64,000 nucleotides of DNA from Catajapyx aquilonaris (Eukaryota): NCBI GenBank assembly GCA_000934665.2, contig KZ538503.1, positions 1 to 64,000 on the forward strand. Reading direction: 5' to 3'. Under the pieces are notes generated by a model. The model ran no database searches, was not told the origin of the DNA, and saw nothing but the letters and a program-made list of their open reading frames with translations. Each line of letters begins with the position of its first letter. Positions within the stretch are counted from its first letter, which is position 1. Position numbers and translations under genes: made by a program. Shown here piece after piece: positions 39,597 through 53,352 of this stretch.

Positions 39597-40589
39597 TATA
39601 TTGATGACTCACCGCGGACATAGTCGCAGTAGCCAATTCTATGCATGATAGGTACCAAATCGGGTATGAAACTACATTTTGGATGATCCTCCCAGCTCCG
39701 TCATCCATAATCCGCTCTTTTTTAAAAATCTGACAAGCTTAGCTACCTGGCCAACATGTTCCCAGCAACCAAACCCCGATCGCTCAGTGCCAATCGGAAA
39801 CAACACAAAAAAAAAGAAGTTGAATCCAACCAAAAAACAAGATCGACGCCAGCAATTTGGTAAACCCCTCCCGAATGAAACCGCTTCAGCAGGGCATTCA
39901 CGTGGAAGCTGAATGATGTTGAGCACCACTTGATGGCGTTTGGTAAGCCGGCCACCAAAAGTCGAATATCAATCGTATCGAGCTTATTTTCCTCTCTTTT
40001 TTTATTTCCGGGGGAGGTGAACGGTCCGCTTCTCTGAAAAGTGACGGAGCAAAACGCTTTTTTCTAAGGATTGGGGAAGATTAGAGCCAACCAATTTCAC
40101 CAGAGCGACTCTCTTCCTCCTCCTTTCGAAACATTTTGCCGCTCCTTCCGATTTATCTAACCTTAGTTCGGAAGGCCGGAAGAACAAATTATGAGGCCGC
40201 CTTCCCCCGTGGTAAAATGGGAGGCTAATTGATTGCGATCCGGTTCTCCAGCTGGAAATGGAGACGCTAAGCATCTGCTTGTGTCTCTATTTCACTCTAA
40301 GGGAAGGAGAGCCCTCCCCCCCCCCCCTTCCACAGACAGAACCCATTTCTCCTGACGTCTCTCATACCACCATCAAGTTTACTGCACTTTTTTCACTCGT
40401 TTTTCACGCTCACTGATCGTAAAAGTGGAGTCGGTTTGTCTAAAAAAAAAGAGGACGATTTCAATATTCAGGGTGGCCACAAAAGAGTGGAAAAGTTGTG
40501 GATTGTTCGATGACATGTTTGAAGAAGCATCTTCTGCTTTCATTGAAAATGGTTCCTGGGAGCGGATAGTTGAAACTGTACTATCGAGT

Positions 40590-41130
40590 AAAGTAGCTGC
40601 TACGAAAGAAAACAACGCCTGCCAAATAACGTCTATCTACTAAAATAACTGCAAACCGAACGTAACACCTGTCAGATTATAGCCATTCAGAAAACCGGCT
40701 ACCACAAATAACACCATTAAATTATAGTCTAGCTATCTACTAAAATAGCTGCTACCAAAAGTAACGCCTCTCAGAAAAAACCATTCAGAAAACCAGCTAC
40801 CAAAAATAACACCATTTAATAATCATAGCCTAGCTATCTACTAAAATAGCTGATACCAAAAGAAACGCCTTCCAGATAACAGCCATTCAGAAATAAATAG
40901 CTGATACCAAAAATAACACCTGTCAAATAACTATATCCACTAAAATAGCTGCTACCAAAAAGCGCCTGTCAGAACACAGCCGTTCAGTAAAATCGCTACT
41001 ACTAAAATAGCGCCTGTCAAAAACCGCTATATCCAGTATAATAGATGTTATTAAAGAACACACCTGTTAAAATAATAATGGCTATCCAATAAAGTAGCTG
41101 CTACCAGGTTGTGTAACCGCTACCTGTTAA
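40590..41130. repeat. Degenerate tandem repeat (AAAATAGCTGCTACCAAAA / CGCCTGTCAGA motifs)
   Basis: The motifs recur throughout. The terminal segment recurs at ~42240-42275. Confidence 0.8.
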
Positions 41131-41823
41131 AGCAACAGCGATTTAATGTCAACCTAATATAGCCTCCCAGCTGCTACTGCAATGCTGACGACTCGGTTTA
41201 AAACAGCCGAGCGATGTTGACACTACTGCATGAAATTTCTCCCACTTGTTAAGACATAAAGTGCACCCAAAAAGTATGACCTAATGGCCCCAAATGCAAA
41301 TTTCCTCCGACTTGCCCTTCCAGCCAGCTTCCCAAAGTGGCGTTAAGCCTCCCGTCACTTTTCCCGCTCTTACATCTGCAAAAGCAAACCAGTCATATCG
41401 CATTAGCATGAATAAGACAACTTTTTGCGGTAGTAGGGGAGGGGAAGATAAGGGACAGGGTGGGGTGGGGGAGGCGAGTACTGAAAATCCATTATTAGCA
41501 AAAGTTATGGTAATTTTGGGAGGGATGGCTCAAGAAAAAGCTGGTCCTCTTCCATCTCCGTGTGGTGGAATGCGGTAGAAGCTATGCTTAGACCTCGGCC
41601 AGGGATAAGGCTTGCTGAGACTGCGGTGAGTTCCAGGCCCAGGGCACGTATCCCGAAAGAGGGCCATTTCTCTTGGTCGGATGAATTCCTGCCGCCAAGA
41701 AAAAGAGCAGCAGCACGCAGGGATGATGCAGGCTCAGGATAAGTAAGGAGAGGGGGAAAAACGAAGCATCTGCCATCATTCATTGCCATGCAAATAGGAT
41801 CGAGTAGCAGGTGGCAGCCCGCT

Positions 41824-42164
41824 CAACCATATTGCCGGATAGGGCAACCACATTGCCGGATAGGGCAACCATATTACCGGTTAGGGCAACCATATTGCCG
41901 GACAGGGCAACCATATTACCGGTTAGGGCAACCATATTGCCGGATAGGGCAACCACATTGCCGGATAGGGCAACCACATTGCCGGATAGGGCAACCATAT
42001 TGCTGGATAGAGCAACCATATTTCCAGATGGAGCAACCATATTGCCGGATAGGGCAACCATATTGCCGGATAGGGCAACCATATTGCTGGATAGGGCAAC
42101 CATATTGCAGGATAGGGCAACAATATTGCCGGATAGAGCAACCATATTGTCAGATAGAGCAACC
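41824..42164. repeat. 21-bp minisatellite, 16 units (CAACCATATTGCCGGATAGGG)
   Basis: Direct reading of tandem units with no indels. Confidence 0.97.
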
Positions 42165-45100
42165 CCGTTGGCAGCTACATCAACCAAGCAAAAAATGTGT
42201 GTGTTTAAAAAAACAGCTATAATAACCGCTACTACTCAAAATAGCAGCGACCTGGTAACGTAACGGCTACCTGTTGCTGGTAAGGTCAATCTAGGCTATG
42301 CCAACATGTCAGATGTGAATGACTCTTAGTGATAAGCCACAAATTGTATCGATTCTTCCGTCATCTGATCTGCTGAGAATCGTGGCAACAAGTCCTGAAC
42401 TTCTCCAATCACTTGTCTACTGTAGAAGCCAGCGTCAACACAAGACAAGGCGACAAAGAGATGTCGTGGACACACACAAAGAAAGGGAAAGGTCACTGTC
42501 CCTCGCAAATTTTGATTCCCGCACTTGTTGACCTGAAGGGGTAGACTCATCGGTGGGTAAAGACAAAGCTTTTCCTCCAAACAGACTCCAATCCGATGCT
42601 AATTAAAACGGGTTCCTTTTTTTTTGGAGACTTGGTTTTTGGCAGCACGAAAACCCCGTCGGGTCGTTGCCCATATGATAGGACAATCTAGACAAAAGTT
42701 TTTCTCCAAAAGATGTTTTCGTCGCCATGACTAGAACCTTGAACCCTACCATAACGCAGCTCAGTTCTGTCAATTTGGAAGTTTGGACCCTTCCTCCCAA
42801 GAAGGATTTTACGACTGTCCGAACCCTTGGTGGCAAAAAAAAGTGACAACTATTACCATTACAAATGGCCTGGGGTATCTTTTTAAAAAATTATCACATT
42901 TATGTTATCTCACAGAATTGTTGAATAATAACTACTTCCCCCCCCCCCCTGAAAAGTACGCCTAACCAGATTTTTCCATGAAGTGTGACGTTTTGAATCC
43001 TGGAATTAAACAATAGCATTTATATTATTTCACACCATATTTTGAAATAATCAGAGACCTAATTTTTCCCCGAAGCAGTTCCTATTTTCATTTAAAATAT
43101 TCTCAGGCGTGTTAAATGCTGGAATCACACTAGAACCTGTTCATTACTATTGTTTCAAAGCATTTAATGTGTACGTAGCACATGTTGTCAACAGCTGGCA
43201 GAAAGATAATATTTTAAGAGCTATTATTACTATTATACTATTCAAATATTTTGCAATTATTATGGACGATGTTCTTGATGTTTTATTTCGGATTCTAGTG
43301 TACCGAGCGTATAAGGATAACCCTGGTGTTTGTCTAAATATGCCGCCCCATAATAAAAATACATAAATTGCCTGAATGATCGTCGTTGATCTAAATGAAT
43401 TAAATACTAATAAAATCTAAACTCTAAAGCAAAAGAAAATGACAGCATAAATAAAATAAAGTAGTCTAAAATAAGCACATGAAAATAAAAATAAAGCAAA
43501 TAAAAATGAAATGATAAATATTAAGAAAAATTAAATAACTTACATACCGTAAGACCTATAATAACAGTTGTAGTTTAATTAAAATGTAAGTAATAATAAA
43601 TATTATAAAAAAATTCTTCTACAGTATTATTATTACCTCATGCCTTCAGAACTAGACGTGCTATTACCACGCAATATTTTATTCGCAATATTATTATGCA
43701 TATTTTTTGAACCCAAAAAAGAGGCTCAGGTCAGTCGCACGGCCATTGCTGACATTCAGAGATGACTTAATATAATATAAAAATATGGCCTCCGCAATTC
43801 TTGGGACTTCCAGCACCTTCTGGATACTCACTCTTTTGCGTTCTTTATAAAACTTCAGCTATTACACTCCCTCGGCCACTAAAAAAAGACGAAAAAAAAG
43901 TTGGTAACGGCTCTCTCGTGTTATCATTTCTGGCCACGCGCGCGTCAACCACTCTGGCGGGCCATTTTACCATAAGGTCAAAATTTTGGAGATGAAGTGG
44001 GGGAGTGGCTGGGGTGTGTTCGCGATATTGCCCTGATGCAATCAGCGCACGTGCATCGCGCGAATTCCGCATTTTGCATTCAGGTCACAAGATCATTGCG
44101 CCAGAGCAGAGGATTTAATCCTGCTTTTTGCCCCCCCCTCCACCCCACATCCATCAATGGATTCCATCAATTTCATCCCTAAGTAAACTTGAACCTCATT
44201 CCGAAATTGATTACTGTCCGGATGGAAAATAAATCTACATTCATAATCCTGCCACTGAAACCGGTTATTTTTTAAAAAATTCAATTCCGACCGCAGTAAT
44301 TTGTCAAATCGCATTTTTCTGTTACGGAGTCGCGCAATCATTATGTCGTCAAGAAAATAAAAAAGCTGTAATTGCTCCCAACAATGCAGAGTATCGAGCA
44401 TCCTCCCTGGTCATGTGTCCTTGTCGCCATGTCCATTACCAGCAATATTTGTCCCAACCCCCATCCAGCCAGCCCTGTGTTGTAGCAACAGCACTCTGGA
44501 CCCTGCATCAATATTAGATGTCCTGCTGGGCAAGCTTTGAGCTCTCTCCGCACACTTTTTTTTTCCAGTGTGTGTGTGTATGCTCTCTCCTTTTGGCAGA
44601 AAACCTGTCTCTTCCCCAGCAGATGAGTCCCAGCTGCAACCTGGCGTCGCTTCCCTATATTCAGATTGCGCAACTTTTACATTCCTCAGCACCTGAACTA
44701 CGATGGAGCCCCGGGATTTTACTCGCCTGCTGCAGCAGAGATGCGCCATTATTGCTAATGCGCCTCCCCCTTCACCCTCTGTCCCCCTCCACCACCCTCC
44801 CCCTTTTCTCTTACCTTCATCCGGGGACTAAGGCACAAATCTCAGCCAACTCTGCACAACTTTCTTTGCCATTTCTTGGCATGTTAGAAGGGATCCCGGA
44901 TCCGTCGTTTTTTTTATTAAAAAAATTGGCGACTGAGTATTTACACACGGGATCACTCCAGCCACGAACACGTAATCAGCATTAATCAACGCTGAGAAAA
45001 TAATCTGTCCGTTTGTTTGTCCGAGCTGATAGTACCACTTTCTCCCGCATGACCCTCAGTGGCAGGAGTGTACAGAGAGGGAGGATGCGCCATCTATTAT

Positions 45101-47679
45101 CGTATGGACATTTGGAGGCAAACTTGAGGGCAAAGAATCGTCTACAAATAATAAAAAATATGTTAAAATATGTATGAAGCCAACCAGGTGTGGGCAAAGC
45201 GCATGTCTCGTTCAACACCTGCATGTCAGTACTTCTCTTGAAAACCTTGAATAAAATAGGAAAGGCGGTTCGCACTGGTTTCAATTGCAAAACTCCGACG
45301 ACTGGCATTGAGCGGCACACATTTTTGGGGGGCCGGGTTGGAGGTCGAATATCGACATTGGCACTCATGGTCGGCACGGATGGAATCTTGAACCTTGAAA
45401 AGGGGGGTCTTCTTTCCTCGAGAGTGATGTGGATGAATTGGGGGCGTGGTATTATATCATAGGGGAAAAAAAGCTACTCCTTGGATTCTGCTGGGGAGGA
45501 GAAGGAAGTGGGGCATTTTTCAATCTGAGCTGAATCCTCCCAACTCGATGGATCATCTTTATCAAATGGTCTCCAGGTCAGAACAGTGCAGGGTTGGAAG
45601 GGATAAAAAGCCAGCTATCAACCGGCCCTATAGAGAAAAATGGACTAGGTCACGGCTAAGGGCTCTTTACAACCGGTTGAAATAAATACACCCAGATAAA
45701 CTGTGTGTAATTACGCCAAAGCACAAATCCAGTCGATAACCCGCCTGACAACAAGAGTAGTTATAAGCACCGTCGGATTAAGTGTGTGTAATAAGATTGG
45801 GGCTGGCTTTGTTTTCCTCGCTAGTTTGCAGATAAGTTATTGGAAAAGCGGGCCTCCAGAAATATCGGCTCACGAGGCTTTCGAGGCGGTATTTACCAAA
45901 CGCTCGCCAATCCCTCTCTTAGCTGGAAAATTTCGGGGGGGTTCCAAACCCTCCACCTCCAACAACTAATCAGGCTAAGAAGGATCCTCATCCCAGCAGA
46001 ACAAGAGTGAAGCTGCACCTTTGTCCTTAGAAGCCCCTGCTAAATTTAGTGATAGCTGCTAAATTTGAATTGCCAAAAATCCTCTTCATCACACTAGTCC
46101 ATAGAATTTCTCTCCATTGACCTTAGCGACACTACTAATTAGCTTTTCCCCCACCCACCCTCACATAGCTTTTTACCCGCAATCCATGCATGGCCAGAGT
46201 TTCATGCAGTCAATAATTAACTGCATTAATGACCACACGTTATCGTCAACGAATTCGTTACTAAAGCGCAATTTAACACCCGGTGATATCAACTCGCGTC
46301 ATCACGACATTTTGCGATTCCTGCCTGGTTTTGTCGCCATTACGTCGCGAGACCTTCGCCTACTTGTTTTCAATATCCGGTTTTATTTTTGGGACTCCCC
46401 ATATACAGCATGTGCTGCTGTTGATTAGTTTTCTCCTGGTGGTTATAATTGGATAGTAATTAACTGATACACTTTTAGACTGATCAGGAATATTAAAATG
46501 TAAATGATGCATTGAGTCACATGTTTACAAAATAATCAAGGTTGAGGGTATAATTATACCGGTTCTCCCTTACCATCTTCCTGTCCACCTCATGGTTCCC
46601 TCCTCTACATCGGGCCATGTCCCCGTGTCCTCCTTCCAACCCTATCTACCCCAACTTGACCCCCGGGACGAGGGACTTGATAATTAATTATATACGATGT
46701 GGACTTAGGGCCTCGGTCTCTTTCCCTTGCACAGCAGAGCCAACTTTTCTTCATTCCCCCTATATATACCAGCCTACATGATAATTATAACCTTTGTCCT
46801 AAACATATTTTGGCCGGCATGCACTACCAATGTTAAACCTCGACAGATTTCGACCTTTTACTCCCGAACAATGACACTGTCCAACAGACTCCATTTTTGT
46901 TTTTCATTTCTTCAGACACAAATGGCGGGTGACTTTTTTTTCTCTCTTCGTGTCCCAGACCGGATGACGGACTCTTTGGGTTGATATCCGCAACAGAGAC
47001 ATAAAAACAGACATGAATGCCAATTGGCTCTTGGTAAACAGCTCAGTCAGGAGGACAAGCCCAAGTGCCAGCCGAGGATGAATATCAAACGAGGTTTTGC
47101 CTTCTGCTCCTCGCCCCCTACTCCGCCCCTTCTATTTTTCTTTCTATCTGTCCCTGTCGCAATGATTCCTGGAGACAACTCCGGGAGGAAAATCCGGGAT
47201 AGACCCCCCTTTTTCCCTTCCCCTCCCCCCAAAAAAGAAGCATCCTCCTCCCAGATGCTGCTCCTCAAGATCTCTCCTCCTTGTACACTTGGCAATGGTC
47301 TCACGTCCTCTCAACCACACAGCCCAGAGAGAAAGTTCCCACAAATAAAAGATTTCCAAACGTTTCACTTCCCCCTACTGTGGCACACTTTAGGACTTCC
47401 AATCACTCGTGTGGAAACTTCATAAATATTCCGCTTCCCCCCCCCCCCNCCCCCCCCCCAGCAGCGGTTTGTCAACTCGACTAAAAACTGCATCGAATTC
47501 GTTACACATTGAGGGAAGGACAAGGGAGTGATTGATGAAGATGGCAGCACCGTATTGTGCAGGTTGATAAACAGGAGTAGAGATGGCGCCGTGTTACTCA
47601 GCAGTCTTTGGGCTTTCCTTGTTGTGTTGCAGACTGTTCAAATGCTTTCTACGCACCTTTTTGAAATACGCAATATCTA

Positions 47680-47849
47680 CGCTGTCAACCGCAAATCATT
47701 AAAAGAGCCGAGTCGCCCATGGAGCATCAATTTGTAATGCTCGTGTGATGCTCTTTTTTGTTGCTAAAAGCATCACAAGAGCATTAAAATTTGATTATCC
47801 ACAGGAGACTCAGTAGTAATGCCATTTTAATGTCTTGCGTTTTACAGTG
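47680..47849. mobile_element. MITE family M2 (CACTGTAAA termini, TA TSD, ATGCTC sub-repeats)
   Basis: TA|CGCTGTCAACCGCAAATCATTAAAA...TTTTAATGTCTTGCGTTTTACAGTG|TA. Confidence 0.72.
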
Positions 47850-48732
47850 TAGTTGACGAAATATTATTAATAAAATATTTTAATTATTTAATTTCAATTT
47901 TAAAGGCACCTGCACTATACATCAATATCTCAGGCCTGTGACTTTCTACCTAACCCTCATATATTATGCCAAATCAGCATCAGAAATTGACATCACCCTG
48001 TAGTAACCATATAAGTACTCGTATCATGATGTGACCCACATTGCTGGGCTTCCCTTCAACCGACAAAAAAAAGTAGGTGACCTTGCGTACTTTACCCAGC
48101 AAATGGAGTATGTACAGCAATTTAGCGTGCTTTGTATGCCGTTCCCCGCTTGCTATGGATTGAAAACCCTGACTAAGTCCCAGTCTGCAATTACCCGCGC
48201 AGTTAACTGATACTCTGCATTACTTCAAGATTGATGACTGGCCACGGCAGACGGAGGCAATTAATTCACCGCGCCACTAAATTCCGTACCATTTCGTGCG
48301 CCTTTTTTTACCCCCCTATTTTTTCTTTTTCAAACCAACCTACTCCCTATGTGTTTTTTTTCTTTCTCTCCGTCACTCTTGGGCATTACTCTCTTCGCCT
48401 AGTGCTCTATTTTAGAATCAACATCCAGAAGTGTCACATCGAGAAGACAAAAAGCACATGCCAAGAGCTGGCGAGGAAAAATGAATCTAATAATGCGAAA
48501 TCATAGAGTCGCCGCCAGTAGATAAGGATGGAGCCGCACTTGTTAAAAACAAGCGGCCCGGAAAATAAAGAGGGCCTCTTAATAACGTAATTATTCGTCG
48601 GACCAAAGCTTCATAAAGTTAGTACACTAGAGAAGCCCTCTTTGGTCCAATAAACAACGCTGAAAACTTGGGAGTGCATCATTTTTTTCACCCGCCTACT
48701 TAAAACTCTGACAGGTGAATCACATTTTCTTT

Positions 48733-48885
48733 TTTATTCATTTAAATGCATAAATACAAGTGGGCCTAAGTGATATGCATTGAGTGCATTTTAAAATTCA
48801 CATAATTTATGTGCGTTTTAAATCAACATTCATATAAAAATTGCACTCAATGCATGTACGTATTTATGCATCTTAAATGAATAAA
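48733..48885. repeat. AT-rich foldback element
   Basis: Outer arms TTTATTCATTTAAATGCATAAATAC / GTATTTATGCATCTTAAATGAATAAA. Inner arms ATGCATTGAGTGCA / TGCACTCAATGCAT. Confidence 0.7.
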
Positions 48886-51800
48886 TAAACGAATTAAAAT
48901 AATTAATATGAATAAAATGAAAAATACATAAACCAAATAAATGAATAGATAAATAAGCCAAATAAATTAATATGATGAATAAATAAATATGACGAATAAA
49001 ATAAATATAGAGATAAATAATGAATCAACAAAATAAGTTAATAAATACACAAAATCTACACCAATCACAATTAAGTTGGTCAGTGATTAAACAATGCTTA
49101 ATTAATATTAGTTATATAGATAGGCTATGCACGTGCTTTTTGTCATCAGTCAGTTTCTTTCTATTACTTCAAGAATTAGGCCTACCAAAAATTCTTTCGC
49201 TTCTTATAGGGAATAGACAAACAAACACTTCATTAAAGCCCTGTTGGTTCACCCTGCATTTTTTTTAAAATATTTTGTTTTTGTTTTTGAAAGGTGCAAG
49301 CATGCAAGCCCAAGCTCCTCGTAAAGCAGGCCTTGAGATGGCAGCTTCTAAAAAGGAGAAGAGCTCCAAAGTCGTGTCGGAGGTTTTTGCAAAAGGAAAA
49401 AGGGGGGCGCAAAATGCTCGAAGGGACTCGTACGATTTCATTCCGCCGAAGTAGGCAAAGTTCCGCCCTTATTCGCCCCCCCCCNATCCACTGACGACCC
49501 AAAAACTTGCTTTGGCCCTCGACTCATTAGTCGACCATTCCTGTGCCACTGATAAAGACCCACTTTTTTCCTGGTGGAGTAACTCGTTGGAGAGTTAAAA
49601 AAAAAAGAGCAAAGTCCTCCTCCTCCTCCATGTCGGTTGCACAGCTGCTAGGAAACAACTGCAAAAGCCTTTTCCTAAAGCACTTCTAGGAGTCTTCCAA
49701 GTCCTCACTCGATACTTTTCCTAGTTAACTGCATTGAGGGGGTGGAGGGGAGGGGGGAGTGTACAAAGCTTTATCCGCAGTGTCGTTAAAGGCTCTTCAG
49801 AGCCAGGAGTTGTCCACCACCACCACCAGCTGCTCATTAAGCTGACTAAACCTCTTTTTTTCCTGTCAAAAATGACAGACTCGCACAAATTTTGTCGGAA
49901 TATTAGTTAGGTCCACTTAAAGCTTACATAACTTGCTGGTAAATAACCTGAAGCTACTCGAGAAATGATGTCAGTGCAACGAACCTACAAAAAAGCGACT
50001 GAAGTTGACACCCGCCCAATTATCTGCAAAAAAAAAGAAGTGAACACAAGTTCTTTTTTCTTTCCCAAAACGATCGGAATTACAATCAAATGCCCTGCAG
50101 CACTTTTCCATTAATTTAGCCAGCCTTATACATGAAAGGAAAAAAAATTCTCCCTTGAGGATCCTTTTGCAAGTACATTTTTTTTTGCGCAAGTGAAGCT
50201 AGGCGGAAGGGAGTTTAATTAATTGCCATTTCCTCTTTTCCCTTTTCTTCCTTATGGTGGCAAGTTTTTTTTGGGAGGGAGGGGGGTGCTTTCCCCTGTG
50301 GCGCCATCATTTCTGGAGGGAGCCAGAAAAAGAACCTGGGCGAGAAAGAGGCAATCTTTAGCTGCCAGTGGGGAACCTCAACTCAATTCACTCTTTTCCA
50401 ACCTCCTGCATAGAACCACGCCCTTAAATCCGGATATATTCAATCTGTACCCGCCATGTATCGACCCATCAGAAGCTACAATAATGCACACATATTTATG
50501 CGGCATAGGCTTCATAACCTACCCAAAAAAGATGATTTTTAAACTCTCAAATTTAGAGTATTTAGACGCGATTTTTGGCGTTTTTTTGTGTGTATCGATA
50601 ACCAAACATGGCGTGGAGATGCATATAAATCGGATCGGCGAAGGTCAGAATAGAAGCCCTATGTTCGGTGGGGGTATCCAAACAGGCCTGCAGACTGAAG
50701 ATAAGCGGAAAACCTCACCTCTCACCAGCTTTTCGCAACTCAATCCTCCCACGGTACACACACCACTTCATTCGGTCCCAAAAAATTTGTGCAATTTGAT
50801 CCCCTCCGACTTGTGGTGGCACAATCCCGCCTTATCTTGTGGGCCTTTTTTTAAAAAAATTGCTGTATTTTGCTGGCCAGATAATTCCGGATGATGAGCT
50901 CCGGAGGTAATCACCTGGGCCAGTCCCTAATGGAATCAAATGAGCCCCAACTGGCTTGTGCCCCTCTCCTCCGGACACGGCTTGATTTAGCCGCCCCCAT
51001 TGCGTCCTATCCGCAAAAAACACTTGTCTCGTATGATTAATCGGTGGGTGAATATTGCCGGATCAACACCCACAAAACGCCCGGATTTATGGTGCCATTC
51101 TCGGGTAGGATAGAGGAGAGGAATGTATTTTGAAAAATATATGGCAACCTCTGACCTTGTGGAATTGCTGGACATCGAATGTGACATATATCAAATCAGC
51201 CCACTGACACTCCTACCCCAGAATTATGGACACCTTCATTCGTGCCCTTATCAGCTGTAGGGGTTACCGCTTCGGCGCTGCTGTAGTGCTCAACTGCGTG
51301 GCGATCCTGGCGGATGATTCTGCCTTTAATAGAATCCACGGTCTTATAACATTGATGCGATTAAAATGCAGAATTTCAAACTACGTTAAAAATAATGCCG
51401 ATTTTATACATTGGTTGGGTCCAACTCCTGTAGATAGTACCGCCATTTTCCAGAGTCCAAGCGATAGAACCGAGTTCCGAATAGGAATCGAGGCTTAGTT
51501 TGCAACTGGTCCAGAAAAATAACATCGCCCTCCCCACCCCCCAAAAAATCTGCATGTATACGAGGAGGAAAATGCAGCTGCGTTTAATAGCTTCCGATTT
51601 TCTCTTTCGCAAAAGTGCAGTTTCAGATGACATCTGCAACAAAATCCGTATTGCAGGTACTGTACAAATCCGGGCTTTATTTTGGGGATTCGATGGGCTG
51701 AAGCGTTGACCGGACGTATTGTTATCCAGCCCCTGTAATTGAAGTTAAGCGACTTTTTTTTTGGGTGAGCGAAAAGGTCGCCCACTTTTTTTTTCGGGGA

Positions 51801-52327
51801 GGAGAAGCGCAGTTTTTCTCATGGTCGTCTTATTCGCAAAGAGGAGGCTGGACCAGGGGGCGAAAGGGTCCAAATTGCCTTCTGCCACTGGCTTCTCTAT
51901 TCAGGAATGAGTTTAGAGACCCAGGCTCTTCATCCAGTCAGGTTCCCTGGAGCGTGATGCTGGACTATTGTCAGTGTTGGGGGCCTCGTTCAAGGAGGGT
52001 ATTTTGCGCAGTGGCTGAGGAATATTGGGCCCTGGGTGGGCCACCACGAATACGTATAGTCCTATAAGTAAGAGGTAGAATGGTCTACTGGCTATTAGGA
52101 TATCTCAGAATAAATTCTGGCTATGGACAGATAGTGACGAGGAACACAAAAAAACGAACTGTTTTAACCAATAATTATGAAAAGATACAGCCATATTAGC
52201 TACCCATTGGAGTTCCTTAATTTTAAGCAAAATAGTGAGAAAAATTGCGAACTGAAACTAGCACTAGAGGATTTGCAGAAGTTTGTGTGTAAATTAGCGA
52301 GATAACTAAATATTGCAATGTATTTTG

Positions 52328-53352
52328 TTTAGATAAGAAACAGCGGTTCATACCTCCAGGCTATCAGGAAGATGCTAATTTACTGGAGGATCCTGAACAA
52401 CTAAGGGCACATTATGTCTGAGAAAGTGTCTGTAGACTATATAATTTTGGTGTCGTACTGGTGGTGCCACGAGTCGGAAAAAAGAGCGAATCGAAGTGAT
52501 GAATTAGCTTCTATTCGCTCTTTAGCTGCCAACGGCTCGTGGCGCCACCAGTAAGACACTATTAATGTCCAGCACTACGTAGGGTGCCATGTCGGCCACG
52601 GACTGCCCGAAATGTCGTCCACTTTCGAAATGGGTTAAGCAGACCCCCATAAAGAGCTCGTTCCCTGACATCTCCCAGCTTTGATTACGCTTCCTACGAT
52701 TGACACGCATCAATCATTCAGAGGTAAAGCGTTCCAAATTGAGGGGCGTATGGTCTATAAAAAAAAGTCCATCTCTCAACTAATGCTCCACTTTCTATCC
52801 TGAAAGATTTGGAACACTTCTCTTGACCCACACTTTTCGAATAGAGTATATAGACGGAAAATTGACGGAGGATATTGATATATTGTGTGCTCCAGTTTCC
52901 TCATCTGTAATGTGACAATAGCTGAAACTAATCATCGCCTACCTACACACAAAGAGAGGTATCGATCATGATTAGCTGGAGAGGTTACCATGTGCCAGGT
53001 GCGGTCTGGCTCCTTTCATCTTCAGCAAACTCAATAGCCCAATATTGCGTGTTGACCCCCTTTTTTAATATAAAAAAAGAAAGTACAGGGTGTTGCGAAA
53101 CATCTTGCTAATATCTGATGCCATCTTAATCTGGATGATTGCTTGATATAATTTAGATAAGAAACAGCGGTTCATACCTCCAGGCTATCAGGAAGATGCT
53201 AATTTACTGGCGGATCCTGAACAACTAAGGGCACGTTATGTCTGAGAAAGTGTCTGTAGACTATATAATATTGGTGTCGTACTGGTGGTGCCACGAGTCG
53301 GAAAAAAGAGCGAATCGAAGTGATGAATTAGCTTCTATTCGCTCTTTAGCTG
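52328..53352 (+). repeat. 201-bp direct duplication (52328-52528 and 53152-53352)
   Basis: The two copies align without gaps, with three substitutions by eye. Confidence 0.95.
52450..52559. repeat. 110-bp palindrome / mini-MITE
   Basis: Outer arms GTGTCGTACTGGTGGTGCCACGAGTCG / CGGCTCGTGGCGCCACCAGTAAGACAC. Inner arms AAAGAGCGAATCGAAG / CTTCTATTCGCTCTTT. Confidence 0.8.

Noticed and set aside
41824..42164. Tandem arrays (also 27.3 kb, 55.7 kb, 59.0 kb) as CRISPR arrays
   Set aside because: No unique spacers of constant length, no cas genes, and a eukaryotic context.
50223..50894. Longest ORF in the track (223 aa) and the other listed ORFs
   Set aside because: No recognisable domains. Many use non-ATG starts or run through homopolymers, microsatellites and MITEs, as expected for non-coding eukaryotic DNA.
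52328..53352. 201-bp direct repeats as LTRs of a TRIM/LTR element
   Set aside because: No TG...CA termini, PBS, PPT or TSD seen, and the repeat ends in the middle of a palindrome.
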